Under the pieces are notes generated by a model, which was not told the origin of the DNA, did not search any database, and was given only the letters and a program-made list of their open reading frames with translations. From assembly GCA_051362555.1 (NCBI GenBank), contig CM120643.1, positions 6,634,001-6,698,000 of the forward strand: a DNA stretch of 64,000 nucleotides, given 5' to 3'. The position numbers were made by a program, and so were the translations under genes. This DNA is from Lingula anatina (lineage: Eukaryota > Animalia > Brachiopoda). This document shows positions 51,638 through 64,000 of the stretch, in pieces (the first letter of the stretch is position 1; each line of letters begins with the position of its first letter).

Positions 51638-53802
51638 ATGTCTACACAGTCGCTGGTAAGTTTTATTTTTTTTTTCAAAACTGAAATTCTGTAGCAAGTT
51701 CAATGTAAGCCCACACAGCGCCTTTTTATCAGTCGTTCATGATTTTTATGTGATTAATTAATATTCTAAATAAAATTCTTAAAAAATTTCTTGTCACATG
51801 ACGATTTGCTGATCATTCTGGTAATGGTACAAATGTAGTTTACATCACAAACTACCAAATAAAGATACATAATTGTATGTATCCCGTTAACATGATTTCT
51901 TTAATTTATTGTACATATTGCAGATGATAGCTGATATGGAAAATGAAATAAATAAAGAAGAACAGTGTGCTCGTAAGTTGTGTGCGTGTTTGTATAATCA
52001 GACTGTATGTGTTTTATGGCTCAGGATAGGAAACAATGGAAAAAGCATGCTGAGGCCTTTGTCCAACAGTGGAACACTATAGGCTCTAAATGATGATGAT
52101 GATGATGATGTGTTTTATAGTACAACGGGCCTAAAACTACTCTTGCAATTTTTTGTTGTTATATAAATGAAAAGAGATTTAATTTGTTCATAATAAGAAA
52201 GTAAGATATCCTATTCTTTATTTACATTAATTAAGTGATCAGTTTGAATGTCTGTAATGTTAATATCAAAAACGATATATTGATAGTATTTCTTTCTATT
52301 TTACTTTTTGCTTTGAACAGCCAAGGCCACTGTAAGAGTTTTCTTAACCAACAACTATTTAAAGGCCAAAGTGGTGGGCAGGGGAACTGCCCTCGGGGGA
52401 TGGGACCCCCAGAAAGGTGTGAACCTGTCAAGGTTCACTGATATGGGGGTCCCATCCCTCAGGGCAGAGTTTCTCCTGCCCAAGGGCTCAAATATAGAAT
52501 GGAAATTCATTAAGCCACAAAATGTAAGTATGAGACTTTTTTTTTTTTACAAAAATAATGATCTCAGGTAAAAACGATTTTCTTTAAAATTGAAAAAGAA
52601 AATTTGAGGTCTGATACGTTTAAGTATTTATTATAACCTTCATTCATTTCTTCTAGTGACTGTGTATTTGAATTATCAGTGATTGTATATATTAGTAAAC
52701 ATTTTATTTTTCATTTTAGACATTAACCTATCTTAATTTAAGTTATTTATTTTATTGTTTTTTCATTCATTCATTCATTCTTTAAATTTATTCAGCCTTA
52801 CCACCCTGGGTCTGGCTGGACATGGGAGCCTGAACCCTTTAGGAATGGGTGCCTCAAGGTGACCACTAAGGACAGCATGGAAGTGACCTGTACTTGGGGA
52901 GAACTGGACATGGAAATAAAAGGTGCTTGAACTCATAATTCTTGTAACCTTTTAAATCTGTCATGTACAACATTTGGAAATCTCACTATCCTATAAAAAA
53001 CAGTAGAAAAATGATGAAATGGTCCTTTATTATTGTCAAATACATTTAAGACTTTATTTTAGTGTATATCATAACTTTTAAATAATAAATAAAAGATTGA
53101 ACACACATAATGTTGATTTGAAAATTCAATTTAATTCTGTTCTTTCAGTTGATACCAAACTGAAAGACAAGAACAATGTAACACCTGTAAACCCACTAAG
53201 TATGGAGGAGATAGGTAAGAGAGGAATCTCAGTAAAATAGTTATGATTTTTAATATACTTATGAAACATGCATGCACACACACACATACACTAACAAACA
53301 CACATGCACACACACACATACACACCACAAGCATGTTGCTCAAGCAAAGTCTTTAGCATAATTAAGAAGATAATTTATTTTTAGTCATTAAATATTTGAC
53401 TATGTCTTCCATAAATTGTAAAACTGAATCCTATTTGAACATGCACAGATATGGAATGTTAAGTTTTTATTCGATATCATTTTTCCTTTAGCCAATATCA
53501 AAGACTCAGAGATTGTGTCAGATGCTGAGGGCATCAAAGAAAAAGGTAAGACAATAAGCTTAGGACAATCTAACGGGGAATTAACACACACAGATGGACT
53601 TTAGGTGGGAGACTCTCACACACAAACACTGAGTTTAAATTCACTGTTAGTGATCTAAATTTTTGAATGTGTCTTTGACTTTGTTAAATAATGTATTGAA
53701 TTCTTGTTGTGCACAGGTATGAAATGTTTAATTTGTTTTCCTGTCTTTCTTCAGTCAATATCAATGACACAACAACTGTGAAAGCAGACGTGAAGGAGAG
53801 AG
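51638..53802 (+). CDS. CBM20 starch/glycogen-binding domain protein with micro-exon repeats (exons 51638-51655, 51924-51972, 52321-52523, 52796-52922, 53149-53214, 53492-53545, 53755-53802); 3' end truncated or read-through
   Basis: All introns GT-AG and phase-consistent with no stops; VVGRGTALGGWDPQKGVNL...LPKGSNIEWKFIK...WTWEP...N...VTCTW matches the CBM20 consensus. Confidence 0.8.
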
Positions 53803-53906
53803 GTAAGACAGTAGGGTCAATAGTCTGTTTGATAAAAGCTCTTGCACTACTTCTGGAATTGCATCACTTAGTAAAAGGTTCCACTGGCAACAGAGCACTA
53901 ATTTTT

Positions 53907-54778
53907 TTAAAACTTAACAAGCTGTGTCTTCTCCTGCCTGTGAGCATCCTCTCCAGCCTCATTTTTTGAGAAAAGTAGGCAGTAACCATACACACAAACT
54001 GCCTTCAGTGTCTGGAACACAAACAAGTCCTCCACCAGTGCCACTCCTACCAGAGCAGCCCAGTTGTACACAGCGCTATCACTCAGCTCTCCGCCATACA
54101 CAATGCTGAGATATACTGCCATAGCCATGGAGACGCCTAGCAAAATGAATGCTGGATAGATCAAAAAGTGGGGCAACTTTCCGTCCTGCTTTCTGTTGAC
54201 CATCATCTCCAGTGACTTCAGCTCAGTGTATGGCACCTCATCTGATGGTTCTGGAACATTTTGTGTGGAAATGAATTATTGCCAAAAGTATGTGGAAGTT
54301 TAACTAAAAAATGATGCCAGCTAATATTACCCCTGTTTAACATCACAATCACTGTTTTATTATAAGGGCAAGGAAGCTTATGTTGAAATCAATGCTCTAA
54401 ATATCTTCAAAATGTAAGCTGAAGCTGGATAACATGAAAATGCATTATCCTTTTTTTATATATTCATTCTTTTTAAAAATAATTTACTGAAATGACAGAC
54501 ATTGATGATACCAAAATGGACAATTACCTTCCCAAATATTAACTGCTACATCATGTGCATTGTCTTTCCTCTTGCTGTTGTCTAAAATTGCATTAAACAA
54601 GGGATATGTAAAGGGAAATATAAAAAGTTATTTGTTTGAGCCATATATTGCTATTGTGGAACATAAATTAGGAAACAGTAAATCAAAATTTTAGGATGTT
54701 ACATCTGTTCTACGCTATCAAAAAGGATTAAAAAACATCATCATATAGACATGTCTACAGCATAATATAATGGCATAC

Positions 54779-54815
<37 letters not shown>

Positions 54816-55555
54816 TACCTGGGATGAGAAAACTTGGGTTGAAGTGAGCAATGAGACTGTAAAAAGATGAAACATCTGCATTTCTGTAGCTGGAAATCTT
54901 CCCAGCATGGGATTTTGGGATTTCTGCCTGCATCTCCTTTTGCATATTTGAGTTTAGCCTAGGGTTGTTAGGAGGAGGAGCATATGTGTAGCTGGGTGTT
55001 TTCTGAAATATTGAAAATCATCCAATAATTGATTCTGCTGACTGGTTAATATAGTCAAAATATTCCACAGATGGGGACATTTATTCTGGTGTTGGTTTGA
55101 TATTGCACTATAATAGCTCAATATTAGTATAATGTCTTTTTATGTTCTTGTATATACATATGTGCTTGTAAGTCAAGCCAAATATATTGTCAAACATTAC
55201 AGAAATGATACAAATGTCTGTTTTTAATTACAAGAAGGCAATACAAGTATGTCTCAAAAGCAATCCATGATATCTGTACAGGCACATACATGTATGCACA
55301 AACTAAAAACAGAAAAAAAGTAATAAATACCTCTTTCTTGCTGTCCAAATCTCCCATGGCAACCATATCTTCCTTGACAACCAAATTTTCCTTGGCAACC
55401 ATTTCTTCAATCTGTGCCATAGCCTGGTGTTCAACAGTTGCACGTGCCAAATCATAGCCCTTCTCAAAGTCATAAGCCACCTGTTTCATCATGGTCTCCA
55501 CACTTCCATGCCCAACTTGTTGGAACCCATCACTGATTGTGCAACTGCAAAAAAA

Positions 55556-55589
<34 letters not shown>

Positions 55590-58500
55590 TATAAATCTTT
55601 CTTAAATCAAGAAATATAGTGAAAAATTAGTATTATTGGTAAAATAACACTCTGACTATAATTACTAACTCCATTTACACACTCAGAACATGTGTCACAT
55701 TAGCAAGAACATGTGAAATCATTATAATACGATTAATAGTCTACAAAATGAAACAAGTGTCCAGCCCAATACAAGTTGTCAGAATCAGTCATGGCTATGA
55801 GCAAGACCTGTGGTCAACTCCCAAAGCTAAAGACAAATTTAACTTTATTCTAACATAACTGTGAAATGAGGAGTCTTAAAATGAACATGAAATAATACTG
55901 TCATCATACTGAGGCTCATCTTCCAGGCTCTGCAGCATGGTGTCACCAGTGTCCTCTCTGTCATAGCACCTGATATTGTACATTGCTACATCATATATGC
56001 CATTCACAAGGAATGTTCCTATATTGACAAGGAGGCTGGAGAGGAAGATACCTCTATCAAGCTGAATGACACCAACAGCACTGAGAAGGGTACTGGTAAG
56101 CAGCATGTTTGCAAACATGTAGTTCAAGGTGCTGTTAAACCACAGAAGGACAGGGGCCAGCTTTAAGCTGGAACAGCGTGTCCATCCATGACAGGACCAC
56201 AAATACAGAAGGCAAGTTTGCAGTCCAAACCTGAAATAATTTTAATAAATTAAAAAATTTATATCAAATATCAAAGTACAGACATTTTACATGAAAATTA
56301 CTACGAGTACATTCCATGTTGAAAAAAAACTGAATACTGCATTAAAAAATCAGAATATGTATCATTATTATTATTATTATTATCTTTCGTATTTTATTCG
56401 TTGATAACTTGTAAAAGCAGACATTTCAAAGTACATCATATGCTTATTTATCAATTGTGAGAAAGTCTCCAACTTACCTGGAGTTCTTACAAGACTCCAA
56501 AGTGGTGTATCCCACTGTGAGGCATCCATTGCTGCTGAAGTGGGATTCACAGCCAGATACTGTATCATATACTGTTATATCCAGCACATTCCTTCAATGA
56601 AAGAAAAATAATAATAAAAATTCACTCAAATTTCTTTATACAACACATTTAACAATCAATATTTCAAATAAATCTGGGCTTCCATCCATCTAAACTGAGA
56701 AGCTAGCTAACATTTTTTTTTTTTCAAAAATGCATAAGAATATGTTAAATTGACATTGAACTCCATCTGAATATGTAAAAATATCTACTATAAATAACAT
56801 AACATTATGAATATAAGTTAAACTACAGATGCATCCAAGGTATTCATGACACAAAACATATTTCAGAACAATGACAAAAATAATCTTCATTTGATTTGCA
56901 GAACTTTCTTTATACAGGTCCAATAGTGTAAATATGTTTGTGATGTTCCAGTTTGTATTTTTAAAATTACCATTGAGCTCCTGGTCTATCACTGATGTAC
57001 ACCACAACCTTCTTCAGTTTTCCCAGGGACTCTGAGTTTAAAATAAAAAAGATTCACTATAATGATTAAATGTTAGTGTGTTGTTTTAGAGTACAACATG
57101 CATCAAATAGCCCTCAAAGATCCCTGAGGTCTGGTGACAAACTTTTACTGAAAGTTCCCAAATCAAAGTTAAAAACATATGGTGACATATCTTTTTGTGT
57201 AGCTGCACCAGTAGAGTGGAATAAGTTGCCAATTTTTATTAGACGAATAGATACACAAGAATGTTTTAAAAAGGAATTGAAAACTCACATTTTTAAGACA
57301 TTTTATTCATGAATTTTTAATTTTACATTAAAGAAACCTTGGATTTTTTACTTTTATTACTGTTTATTACAATTTAGACTAGTTCTGATTTATATAATAT
57401 ATATCTTCCGTAACTATTTTTATTTATAAACTTCTTTGTATTTTATGTTGTGCAGTCTATTGAACATTTTATGGATTTTAGACTCGAACTAAATATATTA
57501 TTATTATTATTATAAATATAACAGAGTTGTAGTTTAATTCTAAAAATAAATTTAGTTAATACATAATAATACCATAAGAACCCAGTTTTACAAATCACCA
57601 AGTATTCTTGCACCAACTCTCTCTGAACATGCTCTGCACTTAACTTTATGATAAAAAGTCAACATAACTGAGTTAACATGATACTTTAAGTAATAGTAAT
57701 CATATATAATATAGCCACTGACTGAGATGAACAGCAAACTGCGACCTGATGTTCCAGTTAAGACTGTACATGCTGAATTGAATGTAATAAAGTAAATGGC
57801 AGTTAGTTGCTAATTATACTGTTGAATCAATATTTGCAGGAAAAGAAATTTATATGTGCTCCAAAATATTCAAGATACATACCTTTTGTATACAAAAGAA
57901 ACCATTTCTTCTGTCCTACCCCAAGGAAATTGTGCTTCCTCCCATGTTCATTCAGATTATATTCAGGAGATACCCCCTGGTCTCCTATCAACTGCAATCT
58001 GACTTTGGGTGTCTTTACTGCTACAAAACAACATATTTCTATAGTTTGGAATAAATTCAGTTAAATAACAACTTCAACAATTATATACAACTGTAAGACT
58101 CTTGATTGGCTATATCTCTATTTCTATTTTTGTCATTTAAATATTAAAATATATAATAATTATTATTATTACCTTTCACACAATGATAACTAGTTTAAGC
58201 TTTTCAACAAGGATCAGAATCAATAACTTGAAAGATCTTAGCATCACTTTTACCTCTTTTCAGCCCATTTTGAACTGCTACCATGTATCTATAGTAATGT
58301 TCACCAGAATATTTGGGAACAACTATGATACCACTCTGCTTTCTCTGAAATGATAATGACCACTATAATTATAAGACAAAGGAAAAGAAAGGAAATGAAA
58401 GGAAAGAAATGTAAAAATAAAACAATAATGTTATGAAACTGATTACAGCAGAAACAAAGCAATTTCCAGTTCTTCATCATAATTACCTATTTTATATTTT

Positions 58501-59129
58501 AAAGTTATCTAACACAGAAATTCATAAGGATAACTGTTTTTATACTTTCATGCAGACTAAATTTAAAATGTACAACACAAAATTTTGTTTCAGTACCTTC
58601 TTCCAATTGCACCAAATAATATAACTTTTGTTGAGTAACATAAGGCCCAAAAACGCAAAGATGAATACAAATGCGAGTTTTTGGTGCACCATGAACTTTT
58701 GTGGAGCTTTTTTCAAGGCAAAAGCTAGCAAAGAAAAGAAAGGATGTAGCTTAAAAATGGAAAGCAAGGAAGTAACCAAGGGCAAAGAGAAGTATAGGAA
58801 ACACGATTAATTTAAATGAATATAAAAAATAGAGAAAGTAGGGTCTAATGAATTAGTCTCAAACAAAAGAAAACAAAAACACAAAGTAAGATGCTGAATG
58901 CATGGAATTTTGACAAACCAAGTTTAAAAAAAACATCACAATTTGTGCTAAATGAATGGTGAAAAAAACATTGGTTCCCCGTGAGTTGTTTTAATGTATA
59001 TCGCCTGCTTTGTAAACAAAAAAGGTGCAAAAGAGTTACATAAGTCTATAGTTTGATGATATACTTACCTCCATGGAGAGGTTGCATGAGTAGCAACATC
59101 AACAAAACTTTGATCTTCAAGTTCTTCAT
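53907..59129 (-). CDS. Polycystin-1-like PLAT/5-TM membrane protein, ~569 aa, 11 exons (59129-59069, 58724-58597, 58344-58254, 58020-57883, 57031-56971, 56591-56478, 56230-55910, 55544-55331, 55002-54819, 54581-54528, 54250-53907)
   Basis: Hand-spliced 1710-nt ORF with GT-AG, phase-matched introns. Signal peptide MKNLKIKVLLMLLLMQPLHGAFA; TM1; PLAT-like YRYMVAVQNG...VRLQLIGDQG...SLGKLKKVVV...WNVLDITVYD; PKD1-like TM4/5 LPHFLIYPAF...IVYG...W...FVFQTLK. Confidence 0.8.
57070..57513 (+). mobile_element. L2/CR1-group LINE 3' end in intron 4 of the PKD1-like gene
   Basis: RSLRSGDKLLLKVPK..LKTYGDISFCVAAPVEWNKLP...FKKELKTHIF, then 3'UTR and (TAT)n tail. Confidence 0.85.
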
Positions 59130-59576
59130 ACTGGCAATTTTTTATATGTTCTCCCTGTATCAAATAATATGAAGCCGTGTACAACAAACACGTATATTTA
59201 AAAAATAAGTCGCGATTCAGCGAATAAACGAGAAATTATCGATATTTCAAACAATTTGGACGGAGTTGACTTTGACTTCCGCCCAAATCTCACAAATGTC
59301 TGTTGCTAATATTGACGTCACAGACACAATCAGCTCACGTGACCATTGTGCTGGGATGTGCGGTTGTGATGTTAAAACAGCCAAATCGATAAAACAATAA
59401 TAGTTATAAATAACATTCACCTTAAAGGTTCACTGCACAGCCTGATTGGGGCTTTAATAAATTACTTTGAAGAGGATACGTATGGTTTATGTTATTTGTC
59501 GTATTTGTTTGAATATATGTATATAGTTCTACTTAAATAGAAGACAGCGGAAGACTGGCTACACTAAAATCATTAG

Positions 59577-59800
59577 CAGGGGCGGATCCAGGATTATTTG
59601 AAGAGGGTGTCCGCGGATGCGAAGTCGCCCCCCCCCCCCCCCCCCCCCTTTGCCGTGGGTTCGGGGCCTGCTGAAGATCCCCGAAAAAATGGTATTTTTT
59701 TTAGGGCGGACGGTGTCATTTGGTATTGATTAAAATTATTGGTGCAATTTTTTTACAGAAATCGAATGGGAGGGGGGGGGGGGGGTAGGAGCCCCCTGAA
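59577..59800. mobile_element. CAGGGGCGGATCCAGG-type short interspersed DNA element
   Basis: Characteristic start and G/C tracts; a related terminus (CTGGATCCACCCCTG) lies at window positions 19-33. Confidence 0.5.
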
Positions 59801-60367
59801 TAAAGGTTAGACATGAATCTCAGCAATATTATTATTACTTAAATACACATCTGAATCCTGCACATGTGCACACACACACACGCGCGCACTGGTATATGCA
59901 CACTATATTGCAGAGCACAATTTAGCCTTTGATGCCGAGAACTGGAGTAGTTTTCAATGGATGTCAACGTAAACGACGCAGATGTGTCAACCTCATCCAC
60001 CAGATCCAAAGGCGTTCCAAAATGAGCCCAACACACTTAAAATATTTCATACAAAGTTTAAATACCTCTACTGAGTATGTAAAATTCAACAAGTATGTAA
60101 AAGTCAAGATTTCGTTGCTGTCAGTCACAAGCAGGTACCTCTGTCTAAACGGCCTTGACCTATAATCGTATTATTTGACTAGAGTCTATGCCAATCTAAG
60201 TGTACATATATTTAATTTCATGTCTTCACCATGATTTTCTGTCGCAAAAGATGTCATAAATAAATAAATAAATAACCACACTAGAATGACTTTATTTTAT
60301 AGTTTGATATGAGTGTGGTTTGTGACTGCATTGATGTTGGTAACAGTTAAGGCAATTCATTTTTGAA

Positions 60368-60676
60368 CGGTGACAAGTGGGTCGAGTCCAATCGATTTGA
60401 GGAGTTACAGGTGGGACGATTCCATTCTATATGAGGGGTGACAGGTAGGGCGAGTCCATTCCATTTGAGGGGTTGCAGGTGGGGCGAATCCATTCCATCT
60501 GAGGGGTGACAGGTGGGCCGAGTCCATTCTTTTTGAGGGAGTGGCAGGTGGGGCGAGTCCATTTCATCTGAGGGGTGACAGGTGGGGCGAGTCCATTCCA
60601 TTTGAGGGGTGGCAGGTGGGGCTAGTCCATTTCATCTGAATGGGTGACAGGCGGGGCGAGTTCGTCCGATTTGAGG
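60368..60676. repeat. 34-bp G-rich minisatellite, ~9 copies
   Basis: GAGGGGTGACAGGTGGGGCGAGTCCATTCCATYT in tandem. Confidence 0.9.
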
Positions 60677-62933
60677 AGCGCATGCACGTAAAATCACCAC
60701 AAAATTACATTATAATGTCCGTGCAATTAGCTTTTTAAATATATTTTTTTAAATATTGTGTTAGCAAAGTTTTAAGGGGATATAAACTTGTATCATGCAG
60801 AAATAATCATTAAATTATTGGTCTCCAAATTTGCTTTTCCACAATTTCATATAAATATAACCTTTTTGTCGGTACATTTGGGACTGTGTAGAAATAAATC
60901 TACGTTACAAAATTAAATTAAGGGATCAATATATTTAAAACATTTTTTTTTTTTTGGAAGAAGCAAACTGTTGTCATTTCAAGTGTGTCTCTCAACTTTC
61001 TCATTTTTTCCATTTAAATTTTAAATTGAAGTATTCATATGACAAGAAGATCGTGAAATTTGAATCAATTTTCTGCAACAATAACCAGAATCCTTCAAAA
61101 ATGGTCCCATATTAAATTGAGAGAATGATATCCGGGAGGACGTACTCATTTATTCCAAGAGATATAAAAAACTGTCTAACTACAGAATAAAATACAGAAT
61201 AGCTTTTCAAAAAGCAAAATCGTAAATTCACACATATTGTATTTATAAATGTGGGCTGTTGGAATATCTTGAACGTGTATTCTTAAAATGCTCAAACTCA
61301 AAAATTTACAAAATACTGGGAATATTAACAAACTTAAGAAAAAACTTTTGGTTTTAGATATCTTCTGTTACTGCAGAAATCAACAATCCCAAACACAATA
61401 TTTACATATCAGTTTTAGCGGATTTAATTCGAAAGTGCTCAAACAGTTATCATACCTTTATTATTACCACTATTGTTTTATCGACATTATTTCATATTAA
61501 AGTAAAAGAAACAAGCAATGACAAACTTATCTATCCAGCTTTTATTAAAATGCATGAATTTGAATTTGGTTCCAGAAAGTGAATGAAAAACTTGGTTGCT
61601 AGCAGGCGGGTGTTGTGCAGTACTCAGTATTTCAGCTGACTTCTGAAATGAGAAAGTAATGTAAACAATATTTGACTAAACGGGCAGACTCGGAAAATAC
61701 AACAAATGCATTTTACATCAAAGAGAAGAAGGCGCTTGAAATGATGTGGGTCTTTACTGACTTGTCCGATGTTCAGGCTCAGATAGCACCCCTCAAAAAA
61801 GCAATCTATATCGAGATTACTTTACGTCCAAATTAAGATCTGAGGTTATTGATAAAGATATTTGAGATATCTTGCTTTGAAAGAATAAACATTGAAAACA
61901 ATTCTTTGATGCGTGGAGGTAATTACTAGAGACGTTAATTTATTTTACCAACTATTCAATGTTGTAATATCTAAAATCGCTATGCAACACGCGTTTGTGC
62001 GCGATATTTTGACCATAAAATTGATGTACACAATGATAGGACACACTTGTCTTTGGACCAAAAGCTCGGAACTGTGACAAGTACGGTATTATCATCTAAA
62101 TTAGTCCGTGATATTAGTGGTAATATTCCCATCTACTTTTATGTTAGCTAATATTCTGAGGGACATAAAAGAAAAGACAGGCAAAACATAACAAAGAATC
62201 GCAACATAAATACGTGTCGTAATTTTCCTTGCATTCTTGTACGCTTTTTTCTGACTAATGTTACTGAAGAAAATGTGATACTTACGAAACATGCATTGAC
62301 CAGTGTCTTCTTCTCATAAAAGCTTGACCTTGCAACTGTACCACACATGCTGTTGCGTCTTCACCCTGATGTGTCCTACTGCCTAGTGAGCATTGGGGAA
62401 GACAGCTCGCACTACGATGAGCAACTTATTGTTATGCAAATTACAGACAGGTATGGCCCATTTTAGGTGAGGGACTGTGGCTGAAACTGGTCACGAATGT
62501 TCACGGTCAAAAACACGTAAATGAAGATTTGACTGAGGTCCACTTGTTAAAATACACCACTTTATTCCGCAAATATTGCGCATGCATCTTTCATCATGCG
62601 GTTTCATAAGTCTTTGATACATTACTTCCACATAACACCAGGGAAAGAGTGTGAATGTTGATATTTTTATCGATCAATAGGCGTACCTATAATCCTGTTG
62701 TTGACATAATGGAACGGATAAATCCTAGTTCCATTCGGATCCAAGTGCCACTAGCAAATAAGTAAATAAATAAACACCGAGAAGCCTGTGTACCAACATG
62801 TTATGGGCCAAACAATACGATATTTTATAGCAATAATGAATCTAATCAGTAGAAATAGTCATGGGCGAAACAAGACGGGCCCTTCTAAATAACTTGCCAC
62901 TGTCGGAATAACGTTGCCTGGAGGATCAAGATT

Positions 62934-62980
<47 letters not shown>

Positions 62981-63214
62981 TTCATTTATGCAAATATTGT
63001 TGAAATACTTATTTGTTTTTTAGTGTTTGCATATTTTGGGACAAAATCTTAGTAGTTCGGGAATGTTATCATAGTGTTTTTTATGCATGCGTTAGATTAA
63101 ATTGGGGGTCAGTTTTCATCGGCAACAGACAACAATCAAGAGTATAAGGTTTTTATCAACTTAATTAATATCAAAAGGATCGAGGCTGGGAAGATCCGAG
63201 ATGAGCGTTTCATG

Positions 63215-63580
63215 TGTAACCCGGTTGGTTACTTAATTCTGAGCGAGTAGCAAACTTGAAAACACCGAAGACATCAATGGTAGCTCATGAAGATCTTTAT
63301 TTGCTGACGGGCTACAATCTGGCACTCAGGCAGGGACAGTCACGACGATCTCCCGGGGTCTCTCTCTCACTAACTGAGAAGCCCTCATTTTATAGGGAAT
63401 CGTTCTAAGTCCTGCGTGCCCAATAAATATTACTAAATGTGTGTATTTTATAGGAATAATAAAGGAACTAAAGGTAACATACGTGATTAATATGAAGTAT
63501 GAGAAAACTAAATACAGGGACTATATTACATTCCATAGTAGCCCTGAACACGGATATGTTCTCCGGGTAGGAAGGTTACA
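63215..63580 (-). mobile_element. Probable solo LTR
   Basis: TGTAACC...GGTTACA termini; minus-strand TATAAAA (~63390) upstream of AATAAA (~63300); no TSD visible. Confidence 0.45.
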
Positions 63581-64000
63581 TAACGTTCGGACCTGGGAAT
63601 GGCCTCAACTGAAATTTCCCCAGGTGTAGTGACTGTTTTTGGTGGAAGAGATCAAAAGAGCGAAATGACTATAATGAGGCCAAAGTATTTCTACAATTTT
63701 AGAGTCGGCACCGGGTTTCCATTTTCTGTCATCTGAAAGGGGTGTATCTTCAATTACTTAAATAAATTACTCTACTGAGATTTTTGTTTCTAATTTTGGT
63801 TTCTCTTCCGTGATTGAAAATGTGATTTAAAGGCAGAGACAAATTGTATAACACTACCGTGATATACATGTTTATTTTTATCTTATTCTTGTTGGGAAAA
63901 TTAAAACTGGAGGATACTGACAGTGTGTGTGTGTGGGGGGGGGGGGGGGGGGCAGGGGAGAGGGGAGGATGGTCTAAAAAAGCTAATTTGGAAGACTGGA

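Noticed and set aside
57572-57790. Extra candidate exons in the PKD1-like gene
   Set aside because: The PLAT domain splices in phase from 57883 to 57031 without them, and stops interrupt the candidate frames
60347-60601. Repetitive 84-aa ORF
   Set aside because: Translation of a 34-bp minisatellite whose period is not a multiple of 3

Overview
AT-rich eukaryotic (metazoan, probably invertebrate) genomic DNA with spliceosomal GT-AG introns; no prokaryotic operons, rRNA or CRISPR. Three zones. (1) 1-3.5 kb: an array of symmetric phase-1 micro-exons (45-66 nt), paralogous to 53.1-53.8 kb. (2) About 4-50 kb: a dense mosaic of short transposon fragments from many superfamilies (Harbinger, Penelope, pogo, YqaJ/SWIM, DIRS, LINE, EnSpm, Ginger, hAT, P, Gypsy, Tc1, Academ-like, IS3EU-like), plus MITEs and tandem repeats. 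Between about 9.6 and 35.2 kb nearly all coding fragments lie on the + strand, as in a uni-strand piRNA cluster. (3) 51.6-59.2 kb: two convergent multi-exon genes that I spliced by hand. On + is a CBM20 (starch/glycogen-binding) gene continuing into micro-exon repeats. On - is an apparently complete 11-exon, about 569-aa 'mini-polycystin-1': signal peptide, very short stalk, TM1, PLAT, TM2-5, with no GAIN/REJ ectodomain and no channel domain. Family calls rest on motif recognition by eye, not database searches.
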